Source: an uncultured Lachnospiraceae bacterium
Lineage (GTDB): Bacteria > Bacillota > Clostridia > Oscillospirales > CAG-272
DNA length: 64,000 nt
Direction: 5' to 3'
NCBI GenBank assembly: GCA_964570105.1
Contig: CAZMWM010000001.1
Coordinates: 7,803 to 71,802 of the forward strand
This document shows, one piece after another, positions 47,254-56,690 of the stretch. Positions within the stretch are counted from its first letter, which is position 1, and every line of letters starts with the position of its first letter. Below the pieces are notes generated by a model. The model ran no database searches. It had not been told where the DNA came from and saw only the letters and a list, made by a program, of their open reading frames with translations. The translations under genes and the position numbers were made by a program.

Positions 47254-47941
47254 CAGAATTACCGAACAGTCCCAATCCTTCCGCTATAGCAAGCGCATTA
47301 TCCTCAGCACGCACCGCAGTGTCTATCTCCAGCTGTGTACCGCCGAAGCGGTCACGAAACGCGGCTCTCACGGTATCGAAATTTTCACGCTGTACGCGCA
47401 ATACCTCGAGCCTTTCTTCCTCATCACAGACGTCGAGCCTACCCCCCGATGCGTTCCTGCCGATTATCCTCTTTTCGGCTGTATCAACGTCATTCGAGCA
47501 ATCAACGGAAACGAAATCTATATCCTTGCTCTTCAAATAGTCGAATATCCGTCCAAGGTCATCGGTTTCGGTGATCCTGTCTCCGTGATTAACGGATATA
47601 AGGCTCTGAAGTATTCCCTGATCTATGAGCAAAACATCCTTTTCCGTCGCCGTTTCGGCAAAGCGCCTGTACATACGGTAATACATCACGAGCACGGAGA
47701 TACAACGCCTTTTTTCCTTTCCTGCACGCTGTGAGGAACGGTCGGCGTATCTTCTTCCGATACGGTACAGCTTTGTGCTTCCGTCACCCACATACGATGC
47801 GTACCTTGCCAGCCGTGATCTTGGGGGATATATGCGGTACATAACCTTGTATCCGCGCCCTTCAAGTATCTCACCCAGCTTTTTACAGACCGTGGTCTTA
47901 CCGGTGCCGGGCAGACCGTTAAATTCTACGATCATTTGCAA
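47237..47941 (-). CDS. P-loop kinase-like protein (AAA_33/zeta-toxin/dNK-like), function unknown
   Basis: Walker A GLPGTGKTT lies at aa 9-17, and the DQG motif follows a hydrophobic strand (LLIDQG). It overlaps both neighbouring genes. Confidence 0.65.
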   Translation of the reverse strand: MQMIVEFNGLPGTGKTTVCKKLGEILEGRGYKVMYRIYPPRSRLARYASYVGDGSTKLYRIGRRYADRSSQRAGKEKRRCISVLVMYYRMYRRFAETATEKDVLLIDQGILQSLISVNHGDRITETDDLGRIFDYLKSKDIDFVSVDCSNDVDTAEKRIIGRNASGGRLDVCDEEERLEVLRVQRENFDTVRAAFRDRFGGTQLEIDTAVRAEDNALAIAEGLGLFGNSDEKDH

Positions 47942-49434
47942 AGTTCACTCCAAATATAACGCTTTATCTCAAGCAACTCCTCATCATACGGCTGAGTTGC
48001 GTCTATCTCACGTGTATCGGAATGCTCAAATACGAGCTTACCGGTGATCTCTGATTTAGGTCTGACCTCTTCAATGGTATGATCCGGCTTTCTCCTGATC
48101 GACTCCTCCGGCGGAAGCACGAGCTTGAACATAAGATCGGGCTGATAGCGCTGTGCCTTCTTAAGAGCACGCTCTTCACGTCTTGCCAGCATACGGACAA
48201 CAAAACCTCCGCCCGTCTCGAGATATCTGACCGCTATTTTCGGACCGTCGTATATCCCCGAAAACTGCGTTTGAGGGAAACGGTCGTAAAGAGCTATTCC
48301 GCCCTTGCGCACATATTTGGCGGCTTTTTTAAGCTCCTTGTAGGAACGCACGGCTATCTGCTTGAGATAAATACTCTGAAGCAGCCTGTTAAAGCTCCTG
48401 AGTATACGCCTCTTAAGACTGAGCTTTTTCTTTCCGCCATCCTTTTTCGCACCGTCCGCTTCGCTCTGCGCCGAAGCCTTTGGCGCGGTCTTTTTGGAGG
48501 AAGCAAACGCCAACAGCTTTTTCACCGGACTGCTGTAATGCTCTCCGCTACCGAGATAGAAGCGGCGAGCCTCTATCTTCCAATTGAGCCATTTTTTAAT
48601 ATCTGAGCTGACCGTGCTCTTGCCGCTTCCGTCGGCACCGATAAAGCATATGCTCCTTCCGCGCTCGGGAAGCGTCTTTTTCGTGATGTATATTTTGCCA
48701 AACTTCTTTTTAAACACCGAATTTCTGACGTTTCTCAAATAGTAATAACGGTATCTGCACTTCACGCGAAGGCGTGAATACTTGCGGTATTTTTTCAACC
48801 AACGGGATGCGATACGGTATACGCGTATCCATTCGTCCGCCGTCAGCTCCTGCTTATCTATCAGCTCCGCAAGCTCTCTTCCGCGCTCCCGCATCAGTCC
48901 CTCGCAGTTTTCGAGCACACGGGCGCGGTCGATCCTTGCCTTAAGATACTCTATCTCTCTTTCGTAATCGCTTCCGGGGGTGATATTCTTCTTATCGCTC
49001 GCTTTGAGCGCGATGCGGCAATACAGAACTATTATCTCAAGCTCCGGCGCGACAACATACACTCCGGTATCGGCGTCGAGCACGCGCGACGATATCATAA
49101 GGTCATCTATCGGAAAAACGTATTCCTTATTAAATCTCGTTCCGGTAATGATCTGATAGTGCAGATGGACGTGAATAAGTGCGCCTGTATCGAAGTCAAA
49201 TCCGAGCCATTCGTCCACCATCGGATATCTTGCGCCCTTTTGAGGCGTAAATTTGATATAGGAATTGGAGCTGAGACCGCTCTCCGCCTTTTCCCTGTCC
49301 GCAGGAAGCACGAATATATCAAGGTCGGTCTTGCCGTTCAGTCCCACACCGAGGTGCTCGTTGCTCTTCCAATGGCAGTAACGCACACCGTTTTCATTCC
49401 AAAGCTTAAATAGTTTCTTGCAGATCTCCAACAT
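47932..49434 (-). CDS. Two-domain protein: N-terminal nucleotidyltransferase-like (NTP_transf_5-like) domain plus C-terminal thymidylate-kinase-like P-loop domain
   Basis: The N-terminus has GKTDLDIFV and HVHLHYQ patterns reminiscent of pol-beta-fold NTases. Walker A GADGSGKST lies at aa 266-274 (nt 48613-48639). A K-rich low-complexity insert follows. Confidence 0.6.
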   Translation of the reverse strand: MLEICKKLFKLWNENGVRYCHWKSNEHLGVGLNGKTDLDIFVLPADREKAESGLSSNSYIKFTPQKGARYPMVDEWLGFDFDTGALIHVHLHYQIITGTRFNKEYVFPIDDLMISSRVLDADTGVYVVAPELEIIVLYCRIALKASDKKNITPGSDYEREIEYLKARIDRARVLENCEGLMRERGRELAELIDKQELTADEWIRVYRIASRWLKKYRKYSRLRVKCRYRYYYLRNVRNSVFKKKFGKIYITKKTLPERGRSICFIGADGSGKSTVSSDIKKWLNWKIEARRFYLGSGEHYSSPVKKLLAFASSKKTAPKASAQSEADGAKKDGGKKKLSLKRRILRSFNRLLQSIYLKQIAVRSYKELKKAAKYVRKGGIALYDRFPQTQFSGIYDGPKIAVRYLETGGGFVVRMLARREERALKKAQRYQPDLMFKLVLPPEESIRRKPDHTIEEVRPKSEITGKLVFEHSDTREIDATQPYDEELLEIKRYIWSELCK

Positions 49435-50677
49435 CGCAACTGCTCTCCTTTGAGTCTATTTTCAAAAGCTGTTCTTTACCGTCAAGCGTTAAAAATCGGT
49501 TACAGAACGCCAACAAAAGCTGATTGAGCACGAAATAATAACTGACGGCGCCGTAATCATACAAAAATAGTGCAACACAGGTAGCCAAAAGCACCCACTT
49601 AAGATCGTTTTTCGTCTTATGCTTCAAAAGACGCACGACGATCCACAGCATATACCCGTAATATACGACGAAGCCGAATATACCCATATTGTACAGCAGT
49701 TCAACGTAATTGTTGTGGGAATAGTACCCAAATCCGGCGAGCACCTTAAAAGAGTCAAGCCCGTACCCGGTAAGCGGCCGTTCGAGCCATTTTTCGATAC
49801 CGTACTGTATCATATTGAGTCTCGTCTGTGCCGACGTATCCATCGATACCTCAGATGACAGCAGAGTTTTGAAGCGATATCCGATATTGTTATACAGGAA
49901 ATCGACCTCGTTGAACGCCCAGATAATAGCAAGCATCGCAATGATACCGAGCACGGTATATCGCAAAAAATGACGTCTGTTATTGCTGTCTGTCCTTAAA
50001 AGCAGAAGCATCCACAGCACCACGAGCGCAATGACCGGGTATTTTCTTCCTCCCGAGATGACCAGAGCGAACATCTGCATCAGGAAGAAGATCAAGCTTG
50101 CGGCTCTCAGACTTCCGCGCCTATACGCGATAAAATACGCGGAAAAGCACGCACCGAACATATATATAAGAGCAAATACGTTGGAGTTACCGGTAAGCTC
50201 CGTTCCAAATCTTTCGGCGTTATCGAGATCCACCTTCCCCATAAGGAGCAGACCGAGCATAAGCAGAAACGTCGCCGCCGAAAACACGAACAGTGCGATC
50301 TCCATCTGCTTTGCGTTCTCAAGCACCGAGACTGCGCAGTAGCATATCACAAGGCTTACGATCAGCTTGTAGATCGAGCTGAGCGACGATGCCGGAGCAT
50401 AATAACAGGTGAAAAGAGACAAAACGGAAAAGATCAGATACATGATCACGTATCCGTCGACATACAGCTTTCCGCCGATGACTATCTTGACCGCGGAAAA
50501 GGCGATAAACGCGTACATTATCAATGAGTGTACCTGCGCAAGCGACGGATCCAGATAGTTCAAGCTGATACCGGCAAGGTACGCACAAAGCAGAATGAAC
50601 GGCAATTTATTTATTATCTTTACTAAATTTATCGTATCTGTCATTTTGGGATATAGCTCCAACCAAATAATATCCAC
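49406..50677 (-). CDS. wzy: Wzy-type polymerase / O-antigen ligase-family membrane protein
   Basis: A 423-aa polytopic protein of about 10-12 TM segments with a large loop. Its locus context supports the call. Confidence 0.65.
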   Translation of the reverse strand: MDIIWLELYPKMTDTINLVKIINKLPFILLCAYLAGISLNYLDPSLAQVHSLIMYAFIAFSAVKIVIGGKLYVDGYVIMYLIFSVLSLFTCYYAPASSLSSIYKLIVSLVICYCAVSVLENAKQMEIALFVFSAATFLLMLGLLLMGKVDLDNAERFGTELTGNSNVFALIYMFGACFSAYFIAYRRGSLRAASLIFFLMQMFALVISGGRKYPVIALVVLWMLLLLRTDSNNRRHFLRYTVLGIIAMLAIIWAFNEVDFLYNNIGYRFKTLLSSEVSMDTSAQTRLNMIQYGIEKWLERPLTGYGLDSFKVLAGFGYYSHNNYVELLYNMGIFGFVVYYGYMLWIVVRLLKHKTKNDLKWVLLATCVALFLYDYGAVSYYFVLNQLLLAFCNRFLTLDGKEQLLKIDSKESSCDVGDLQETI

Positions 50678-50702
50678 CCGAGATCATCGGAAGCGTTGAG
50701 GT

Positions 50703-51596
50703 CTAAAAGACCGAAAGACCAAATTCTCGGTAAGCGTCGAGCACCGTTTTGAGCTTTACGCGCTTAAGCGAATACTCCTTCATAAATCCTTTGCGCTTGG
50801 CTTTGAATTCCTTCACGAGCGCCTTATCCTTGATACCGCATTTCGATATCCGCATCCTGTACGCCGCGTACAGCACCGCGGTACATATCCTCGGATACAA
50901 AAGACGCTTTATGGCATATATATTGCTTATTCCCTGCATATCGACACGCGCCTTGTTCGCTTCGTTCCATTTATTGATCTTCGGCTTGTGATCGATATAT
51001 ATATCGGGCATATAAGCTATGCAGTAGCCTTTGTCGAACGCTCCCATAGCCACGGCTATCTCTTCGTTCGCGTACATTATGTTCATAAACATCGGCGACT
51101 GAAAGCAGGAACGTCTTGCAAACGACGTTCCGCCGTGAAAGGTGTAGACGCACCCAAGCCCTCCGACAGTCCTGTTTTTCGCTGTCGGAATATCACGTGC
51201 ACCGAACACCTCGTCCACCACGTTGGTCGTGAGCACGGCGACTGTCGGATTTGCGTCCATAAAATCTATGCTCTTCACAAAAAAGGTCTCGCGACATTCC
51301 TGAGGGATCTCGGCGTCATCATCATAAAAGTATATATATTCACCCTCGGCAAGATCAAAACAGATATTTCTGCCGCCGCCGACACCGCGATTTTGCTCTT
51401 CCTTGCGATAGATAAGATCGTATCCGAGCTTCCCCTTCAGCTCCTGCACGACCGCCGCAGTGTCATCCGTCGAAGCATTGTCGACTATGACGAACTGAGT
51501 ATCCTTCGGGAGCCTCGCGGCTGCACAGGTCTCTATCGCTCTTCTTAGTTGCTCGGCGCGGTTCATAGTTATCAGCGCCACCGTGAGTTTATAAGC
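50703..51596 (-). CDS. Family 2 glycosyltransferase
   Basis: Has the LTVALITMNRAEQL start, the VDNASTDDT block and a DDD (DxD) block. ATG 51596 is preferred over the track's 51668. Confidence 0.8.
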   Translation of the reverse strand, partial: AYKLTVALITMNRAEQLRRAIETCAAARLPKDTQFVIVDNASTDDTAAVVQELKGKLGYDLIYRKEEQNRGVGGGRNICFDLAEGEYIYFYDDDAEIPQECRETFFVKSIDFMDANPTVAVLTTNVVDEVFGARDIPTAKNRTVGGLGCVYTFHGGTSFARRSCFQSPMFMNIMYANEEIAVAMGAFDKGYCIAYMPDIYIDHKPKINKWNEANKARVDMQGISNIYAIKRLLYPRICTAVLYAAYRMRISKCGIKDKALVKEFKAKRKGFMKEYSLKRVKLKTVLDAYREFGLSVF

Positions 51597-51758
51597 CATA
51601 CGCTCTCCATTCCGCCGTCTGTGCGGCTGTAGTACGGGGTAAACGAATATGCGGAGCAAGTCCGCCATCTGCCACCGGAGCTTCTTCGCTGCTCCTTACG
51701 CGCTCTTTCGCATTCGATGCCAACGGCAAATGCCGAAGCATATGCCGGCGCGGCGGCG

Positions 51759-52820
51759 TCAAAGCACGCTTTCGTAGGCATCCACGTATCTGTCGATGAC
51801 CACGCTGTCGAGATACACCTCTTTTACCTTGCGGATATTCGCGCAAGACTGCGCCCTTCTGACCTCGGGTAAGCTCATAGCACGAAGCGCTTCCACAGCC
51901 GAGGCGGTATCCTTTACCGCAACCACCGCGCCGCCGTCCTTGCCTATCATATCGCCGTTGGCAGCCCAATCGGTGACTATACACGGAAGTCCTGCCGCCA
52001 TAGCCTCAGCGAGCGCGTTCGAAAAGCCTTCACCGCGGTAATAGGTCATAAACAGAAATACGTCCGCCTGAGCAAGCTCTTCCCTCACGGCGTTACGGTC
52101 CTTGGGACCTGTAAAGGTGACGTTTCCGATGCCGTTACTGCTCGCGAACTGCTCGACCTCGGAGGAGCTTACACCGACCATTCTGAACTCGATCTCGGGG
52201 AATTGCCGCGCGATCTCGAGCATATCGTACGCTCCCTTGGTTTCGATAACACCGCCAACGTAAAGCACGCGCTTTACGGTAGGAGATATGTAATGCTCTT
52301 CCATAAGCTCGCCGGCGGATACGAAATTCGGAATGAGCGTCATCGGAGTCTTGGTGATACGCTCAAGATACGCATCGGTCTGAGAGTTCAGAGTTATGAT
52401 AAGATCGCTCTTGTTGCATAGCTTTTTGAGCATAAACCGCCCAAGCCTTCCCTTGGTCGCATTCGGCACCGTGCAACGGTAATGGATTATAAATCGCTTA
52501 CCGTGCCTTTTCGTAATACGCGCACAAACGTACTCACGCATCATCGACGAGGTTATAGACGGGATGCAGGAATGCACCACCTTTACCTCCGGATCCTTTA
52601 AGGCGACCTTAAGGTCATGCCATATCCTAAAGCAACGCTTGATCTCGGTAAAGAGATTTCTTTTGCTCTTGTCGCCGAACACCTGACGTGCGCCCGTGAC
52701 CTTTTCATCGACAAGCGAGATGCTCCAGCCGTTCTTGAGCTGTGCATCCAGCATCCTCACCGTCCAGCCCGCGATCCCTCCGGCAGGGGGAGGCGTCGGC
52801 GCCAACAAAACCACCTTCAT
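51759..52820 (-). CDS. GT-B (family 4) glycosyltransferase
   Basis: Has a C-terminal EGFSNALAEAMAAGLPCIVTD (EX7E-type) motif. Confidence 0.8.
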   Translation of the reverse strand: MKVVLLAPTPPPAGGIAGWTVRMLDAQLKNGWSISLVDEKVTGARQVFGDKSKRNLFTEIKRCFRIWHDLKVALKDPEVKVVHSCIPSITSSMMREYVCARITKRHGKRFIIHYRCTVPNATKGRLGRFMLKKLCNKSDLIITLNSQTDAYLERITKTPMTLIPNFVSAGELMEEHYISPTVKRVLYVGGVIETKGAYDMLEIARQFPEIEFRMVGVSSSEVEQFASSNGIGNVTFTGPKDRNAVREELAQADVFLFMTYYRGEGFSNALAEAMAAGLPCIVTDWAANGDMIGKDGGAVVAVKDTASAVEALRAMSLPEVRRAQSCANIRKVKEVYLDSVVIDRYVDAYESVL

Positions 52821-52908
52821 ATAAGCTCTCCATTCTGCCGCGTGACGTATGAACGGTCACATTTTCGTACCCGTATCGACACCGCTTTACGCACAGGTGC
52901 GTCGGCAG

Positions 52909-54000
52909 TTATTTTTTATCCGCTATTTCGGTAATATAATCTTCCCACATATCGATGATGCGCTCCGGAGCAAATCGCTCGGTGACCTTTTTGGCTTCGT
53001 TGCCGCATTTTTCGGCAAGCTCGGCGTTATCGGCAAATTCGCTCATCGCCACAGCAAGCTTTTCCGCATCTCCGATAGGTGCCAAAAGACCGTTTTCGTG
53101 ATCCGATATGAGTAGCCTTGCGCCTCCCGGCGTATGATCCGTGGAAACGCATGGCAGACCGACCGCCATAGCCTCAAGAAGCGAATTTGAGATGCCTTCA
53201 AAATCCGAGGTTATTATAAACATACCGTCGTGGGCTATATCCTGCATCGGTCGGGTGGTCATACCCATAAACCTTATCTTATCGGATACTCCGCTCTTAT
53301 CGGCAAAGCCGTGTATGAGCGCATCGTCCGGTCCCGTACCGTAGAGCCTGAGCACATATTCGGGGTGAGTAGCACTAAAACGCGAGAATGCATCTATCAT
53401 AACATCGTAACGCTTTTGAACGTTATCAAACCTGCCGACAGATACGACCGTTTTGGTGCGCTCTCCGCTTTCCACCGCCGGAAGCTCTCCGCTGATAAAT
53501 ATAGGATTGGGGATGACACGTCCGCGCTCACGTAAGCGCTTGCCGTAGAAATCCTTGGCGCCCTCCGTCTGAAACACTCCGCCACTGCATTTGTTGACGG
53601 TCTTTAAAAGCAAGGATGATATCTTGCTCTGTTCCTTTATAAACCTCGGATCTCCTCTTTCGGACATTATGGAGGGGATCCCGGTCATCCTGCCGACTAT
53701 GCTGACGATAACATTCGGAAAAAGATTAAATCCGACGAGCACATCCGCAGAAGTTTCCTTCGCAAGACGCTTGATCGCCTTGATCTGTTCGATACGTTTA
53801 AAACGCTTCTTGCCGGTAGTATTCACGTACAGATAATGCACATTTTCCGAAAAAGAACGCTCAAATCCGTCAATACGCCTGAGATTTGCCACGGTAACAC
53901 AGTGACCTCTCGCGGCAAGCGATTCGGAAACGAAGTTCAGCATCTTCGCCGCCCCACCGTAACCCATGCTCGGAGTAACGAAAAGAATATTTTTCTTCAT
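52909..54000 (-). CDS. GT-B (family 4) glycosyltransferase
   Basis: Has an N-terminal MGYGGAAKM block and a C-terminal EGISNSLLEAMAVGLPCVSTD block. Confidence 0.8.
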   Translation of the reverse strand: MKKNILFVTPSMGYGGAAKMLNFVSESLAARGHCVTVANLRRIDGFERSFSENVHYLYVNTTGKKRFKRIEQIKAIKRLAKETSADVLVGFNLFPNVIVSIVGRMTGIPSIMSERGDPRFIKEQSKISSLLLKTVNKCSGGVFQTEGAKDFYGKRLRERGRVIPNPIFISGELPAVESGERTKTVVSVGRFDNVQKRYDVMIDAFSRFSATHPEYVLRLYGTGPDDALIHGFADKSGVSDKIRFMGMTTRPMQDIAHDGMFIITSDFEGISNSLLEAMAVGLPCVSTDHTPGGARLLISDHENGLLAPIGDAEKLAVAMSEFADNAELAEKCGNEAKKVTERFAPERIIDMWEDYITEIADKK

Positions 54001-54072
54001 TTTATTTTCGTGGACACTGCCTCCGCCTCATACGAAAGCATTCCTTTCTGAAATTTCTGCTCCGTCAAGCTC

Positions 54073-54948
54073 TCAAATGTACTTCTTATATGAATTATCG
54101 ACGTCTATAACCTCTGTGGAATGCAGAGAAACACGCTTTTCCACCGGAGGAAGCGTCATATAATCTCCTCCGTACATATGTCCGAGAACACCTTCCCATC
54201 CGGCAGGTCCCGTGACCTTAACTCCCTCAAATTCAAGCTCACAGGTTCCGTTAAAGTATTTTGCAGGGCATGCTCTTCTTGAATTATTCGCAAGCAGGTC
54301 TCCGCTCTTGCACGAAGCAAACAGCGCATCATTGGCGCGCACCGCTTTATTCACGGTCGGGTAAACGAGCTTGGATATCCAACGTATACGCTTGAGCTTA
54401 GCCGATGTATCGGGATCGTCGAACGCATAGCTGATCCTAAGCAGACTGAGAGCCTTCTTGATCCTAAATCCGAGCGAGGATGCACGCTTTGATGAATACG
54501 GATCAAGCGCGAAAATATCTATGAACACCCCATGATTCATATTGCGTCCCTTTACCGCAGTCTCTATAAACGTGGTATCGGAATTTCTGATCTTCGCATA
54601 GACCTTCGGGTACTCCGGATCCGTCTCATAGGTCTGGAGAAACATATTATCCGGAAGATACTTTTGAGCGTTATGTATAAACTTCTCATAATCCTCGCGC
54701 TTCATTGCAACGTCTATATCATCATCCCACGGAATAAAGCCCTTATGCCTTACGGCGCCCAGGAGCGTTCCTCCGTAAATGTAATATTCCACTCCGAGCT
54801 TTTCCGCCACCGAGACAAACACTTTGAGTATCTCGATCGCCTTTTTCTGCACAGCCTCGGTATGCTCGTCGACCGTGTATTCGATATCCTTGGTATCCAC
54901 GATTTGTTCCCCCACCACGATTTGTATATTATTATGTTCAAACTTCAA
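54073..54948 (-). CDS. licD: LicD-family phosphotransferase (transfers phosphocholine, ribitol-P or similar from a CDP donor)
   Basis: Carries YIYGGTLLGAVRHKGFIPWDDDIDV, the LicD signature including DxD. Confidence 0.8.
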   Translation of the reverse strand: MKFEHNNIQIVVGEQIVDTKDIEYTVDEHTEAVQKKAIEILKVFVSVAEKLGVEYYIYGGTLLGAVRHKGFIPWDDDIDVAMKREDYEKFIHNAQKYLPDNMFLQTYETDPEYPKVYAKIRNSDTTFIETAVKGRNMNHGVFIDIFALDPYSSKRASSLGFRIKKALSLLRISYAFDDPDTSAKLKRIRWISKLVYPTVNKAVRANDALFASCKSGDLLANNSRRACPAKYFNGTCELEFEGVKVTGPAGWEGVLGHMYGGDYMTLPPVEKRVSLHSTEVIDVDNSYKKYI

Positions 54949-56176
54949 CTCGCCGTTTACGGCAGATCGCTTCTTTTTTTGTACACCTGCCGACAGTCTG
55001 CTTACGCATCGAAAGCTCGGCTATCAGGGCATCGATGAAAACATCCTTCCTGAAATGCTTTCGGTAGTATTCAGCCGAATTTTTACCGAACGCTTCTTTA
55101 TCTGCGGCAAGAAAAGCCCGTATATTCTCCGCAAGCGCATGATGATCTTCGGCAGGACCGCAAAGACCGCATCCGGCATCCGCTATGATCTCCGGCGTCT
55201 CGCCGTTTATCGCACCTATGAGCGGTTTTCCTGCCGCCATATAGGTCTGCACCTTTCCCGGAAGCGTCATGGATATTAGCGGATCGTCCGAGAGCGTCAC
55301 GAGCATAGCGTCCGCTTCACGGTAAAAGCGCGGCATCTCCTCAAGCGGCTTCCTTCCGTGAAATACAACGTTACCGACACCAAGCTCTGCGGCAAGCTTT
55401 TTGCAACCCTCGAGCGCGGAGCCGTCTCCGACTATATTAAAATTAAGTTTTTGGATATCCGCAAGCTCGTGTGCAGCGCGTATTATCGTCTCAACGCTCT
55501 GTGCGGCGCCCACATTTCCCGCGAAAGTCAGATCGACAGTGTCCTTCTTCACCGGTGCTTCCGGCTTAAACAGATCCTCCGCGTATTGCGGCAGGTAGGA
55601 AAGCCTGCTTGCCGGTATTTTAAATCTATCCTCGAAATATGTAACGAAATTTTTCGAAGTAACGATTATCTTATCCGCACGGGTGTACAGCTCACCGGAT
55701 ATCTTATCAAAGACCTTATATATCAAGCTTTCTCGCTTGATACCTCCGGCAACAAGACTCTCCGGCCACAGATCAAGACAGTAGTACACGAGCGGCGCGG
55801 TGTGCTTTTTCTTGTATGTAACTCCGGCGCAAGCCATCATAACGGGAGAGAGCTGATTTACGAGCACCGCATCGTATTCCTTTTTGAGCGTTGCGGCGTA
55901 TCGCGACGAGGAAAACGCAAAGCTGTAATAATTCAAAAATCTGAATATCACACCGCTTCTTCGACCTATTGTAAACGAGCGATGGATATTCACTCCGTTA
56001 ATATCCTCGTTGCGTTTTTTTCCAAGCCGATAACCGTCGTATATCTTGCCCATCGGATAATTCGGCACTCCGGCGATAACGTCCACCTCGTGCCCTTGAC
56101 GCACAAGCTCTTCGCATATATCCGATATCCTCACCGGCTCCGGAGCATAATATTGACAAACGACAAGAATTTTCAC
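54938..56176 (-). CDS. WbuB-like GT4 glycosyltransferase (candidate L-FucNAc transferase)
   Basis: Has the MKILVVCQYYAPEPVRISDICEEL N-terminus typical of WbuB/Cap5-type GTs. It starts at GTG 56176 with an RBS (ggaaggaaa). It is the first gene of the minus-strand operon. Confidence 0.75.
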   Translation of the reverse strand: MKILVVCQYYAPEPVRISDICEELVRQGHEVDVIAGVPNYPMGKIYDGYRLGKKRNEDINGVNIHRSFTIGRRSGVIFRFLNYYSFAFSSSRYAATLKKEYDAVLVNQLSPVMMACAGVTYKKKHTAPLVYYCLDLWPESLVAGGIKRESLIYKVFDKISGELYTRADKIIVTSKNFVTYFEDRFKIPASRLSYLPQYAEDLFKPEAPVKKDTVDLTFAGNVGAAQSVETIIRAAHELADIQKLNFNIVGDGSALEGCKKLAAELGVGNVVFHGRKPLEEMPRFYREADAMLVTLSDDPLISMTLPGKVQTYMAAGKPLIGAINGETPEIIADAGCGLCGPAEDHHALAENIRAFLAADKEAFGKNSAEYYRKHFRKDVFIDALIAELSMRKQTVGRCTKKEAICRKRRVEV

Positions 56177-56339
56177 TTTTTATCAGTTTCCTTCCAGAAA
56201 TGGGGCTTGTACGGCATAATGATTACGGCACAGTAACATTGAACACCCGCGTATGATCGCGTATGATCTTGACAAATACCGAAAAACGATATCCTCACAG
56301 CGCGGCAGTCTCAAGCATCGTATACAGTAATTTATAATA

Positions 56340-56368
56340 AGTATAGCATATAAGCAGTAAAATGTCAA
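56340..56368 (-). promoter_or_regulatory. Sigma70 promoter of the minus-strand polysaccharide operon
   Basis: The minus strand reads TTGACA, a 17-nt spacer, then TGcTATACT. This leaves a ~155-nt 5' UTR. Confidence 0.5.
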
Positions 56369-56618
56369 GGTCATTTTTGCAAAAATATTTACAAAATAAT
56401 CTTTTATTTGGCGATTTTTTCACAAGACCTCGTTGACATATTGCACCAGCAATGTATTATAACGTAAGTTCATCCGACTTCATAGTGTGTAATTGTTAAT
56501 TTTTTCAAAACTATTAAAAAAATCGAGCATTTCACCGTATTTCTCGGCATATCCGCCGCATACGAGCTGAGATCTCGAACAAATACACGGACATTTCGAA
56601 CAAATATCAATTTGCATA

Positions 56619-56647
56619 TTGACATTTGCAAAAAAATGTGATATAAT
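56619..56647 (+). promoter_or_regulatory. Consensus sigma70 promoter of the plus-strand sugar-activation operon
   Basis: TTGACA (56619-24), a 17-nt spacer, then TGaTATAAT (56639-47). The ATG follows at 56691 with an RBS (gaaaggacg). Confidence 0.6.
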
Positions 56648-56690
56648 GTACCCGAAAAAGGAAATCGATCAACAGAAAGGACGATCTGCC

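Noticed and set aside
56433-56618. Possible small RNA or small ORF driven by the extra plus-strand promoter-like element at 56433-56461
   Set aside because: No terminator hairpin or conserved-looking structure is visible by eye, and the only ORF (56470-56721, minus strand) lacks an RBS. It is kept only as part of the control-region finding, not as a feature.
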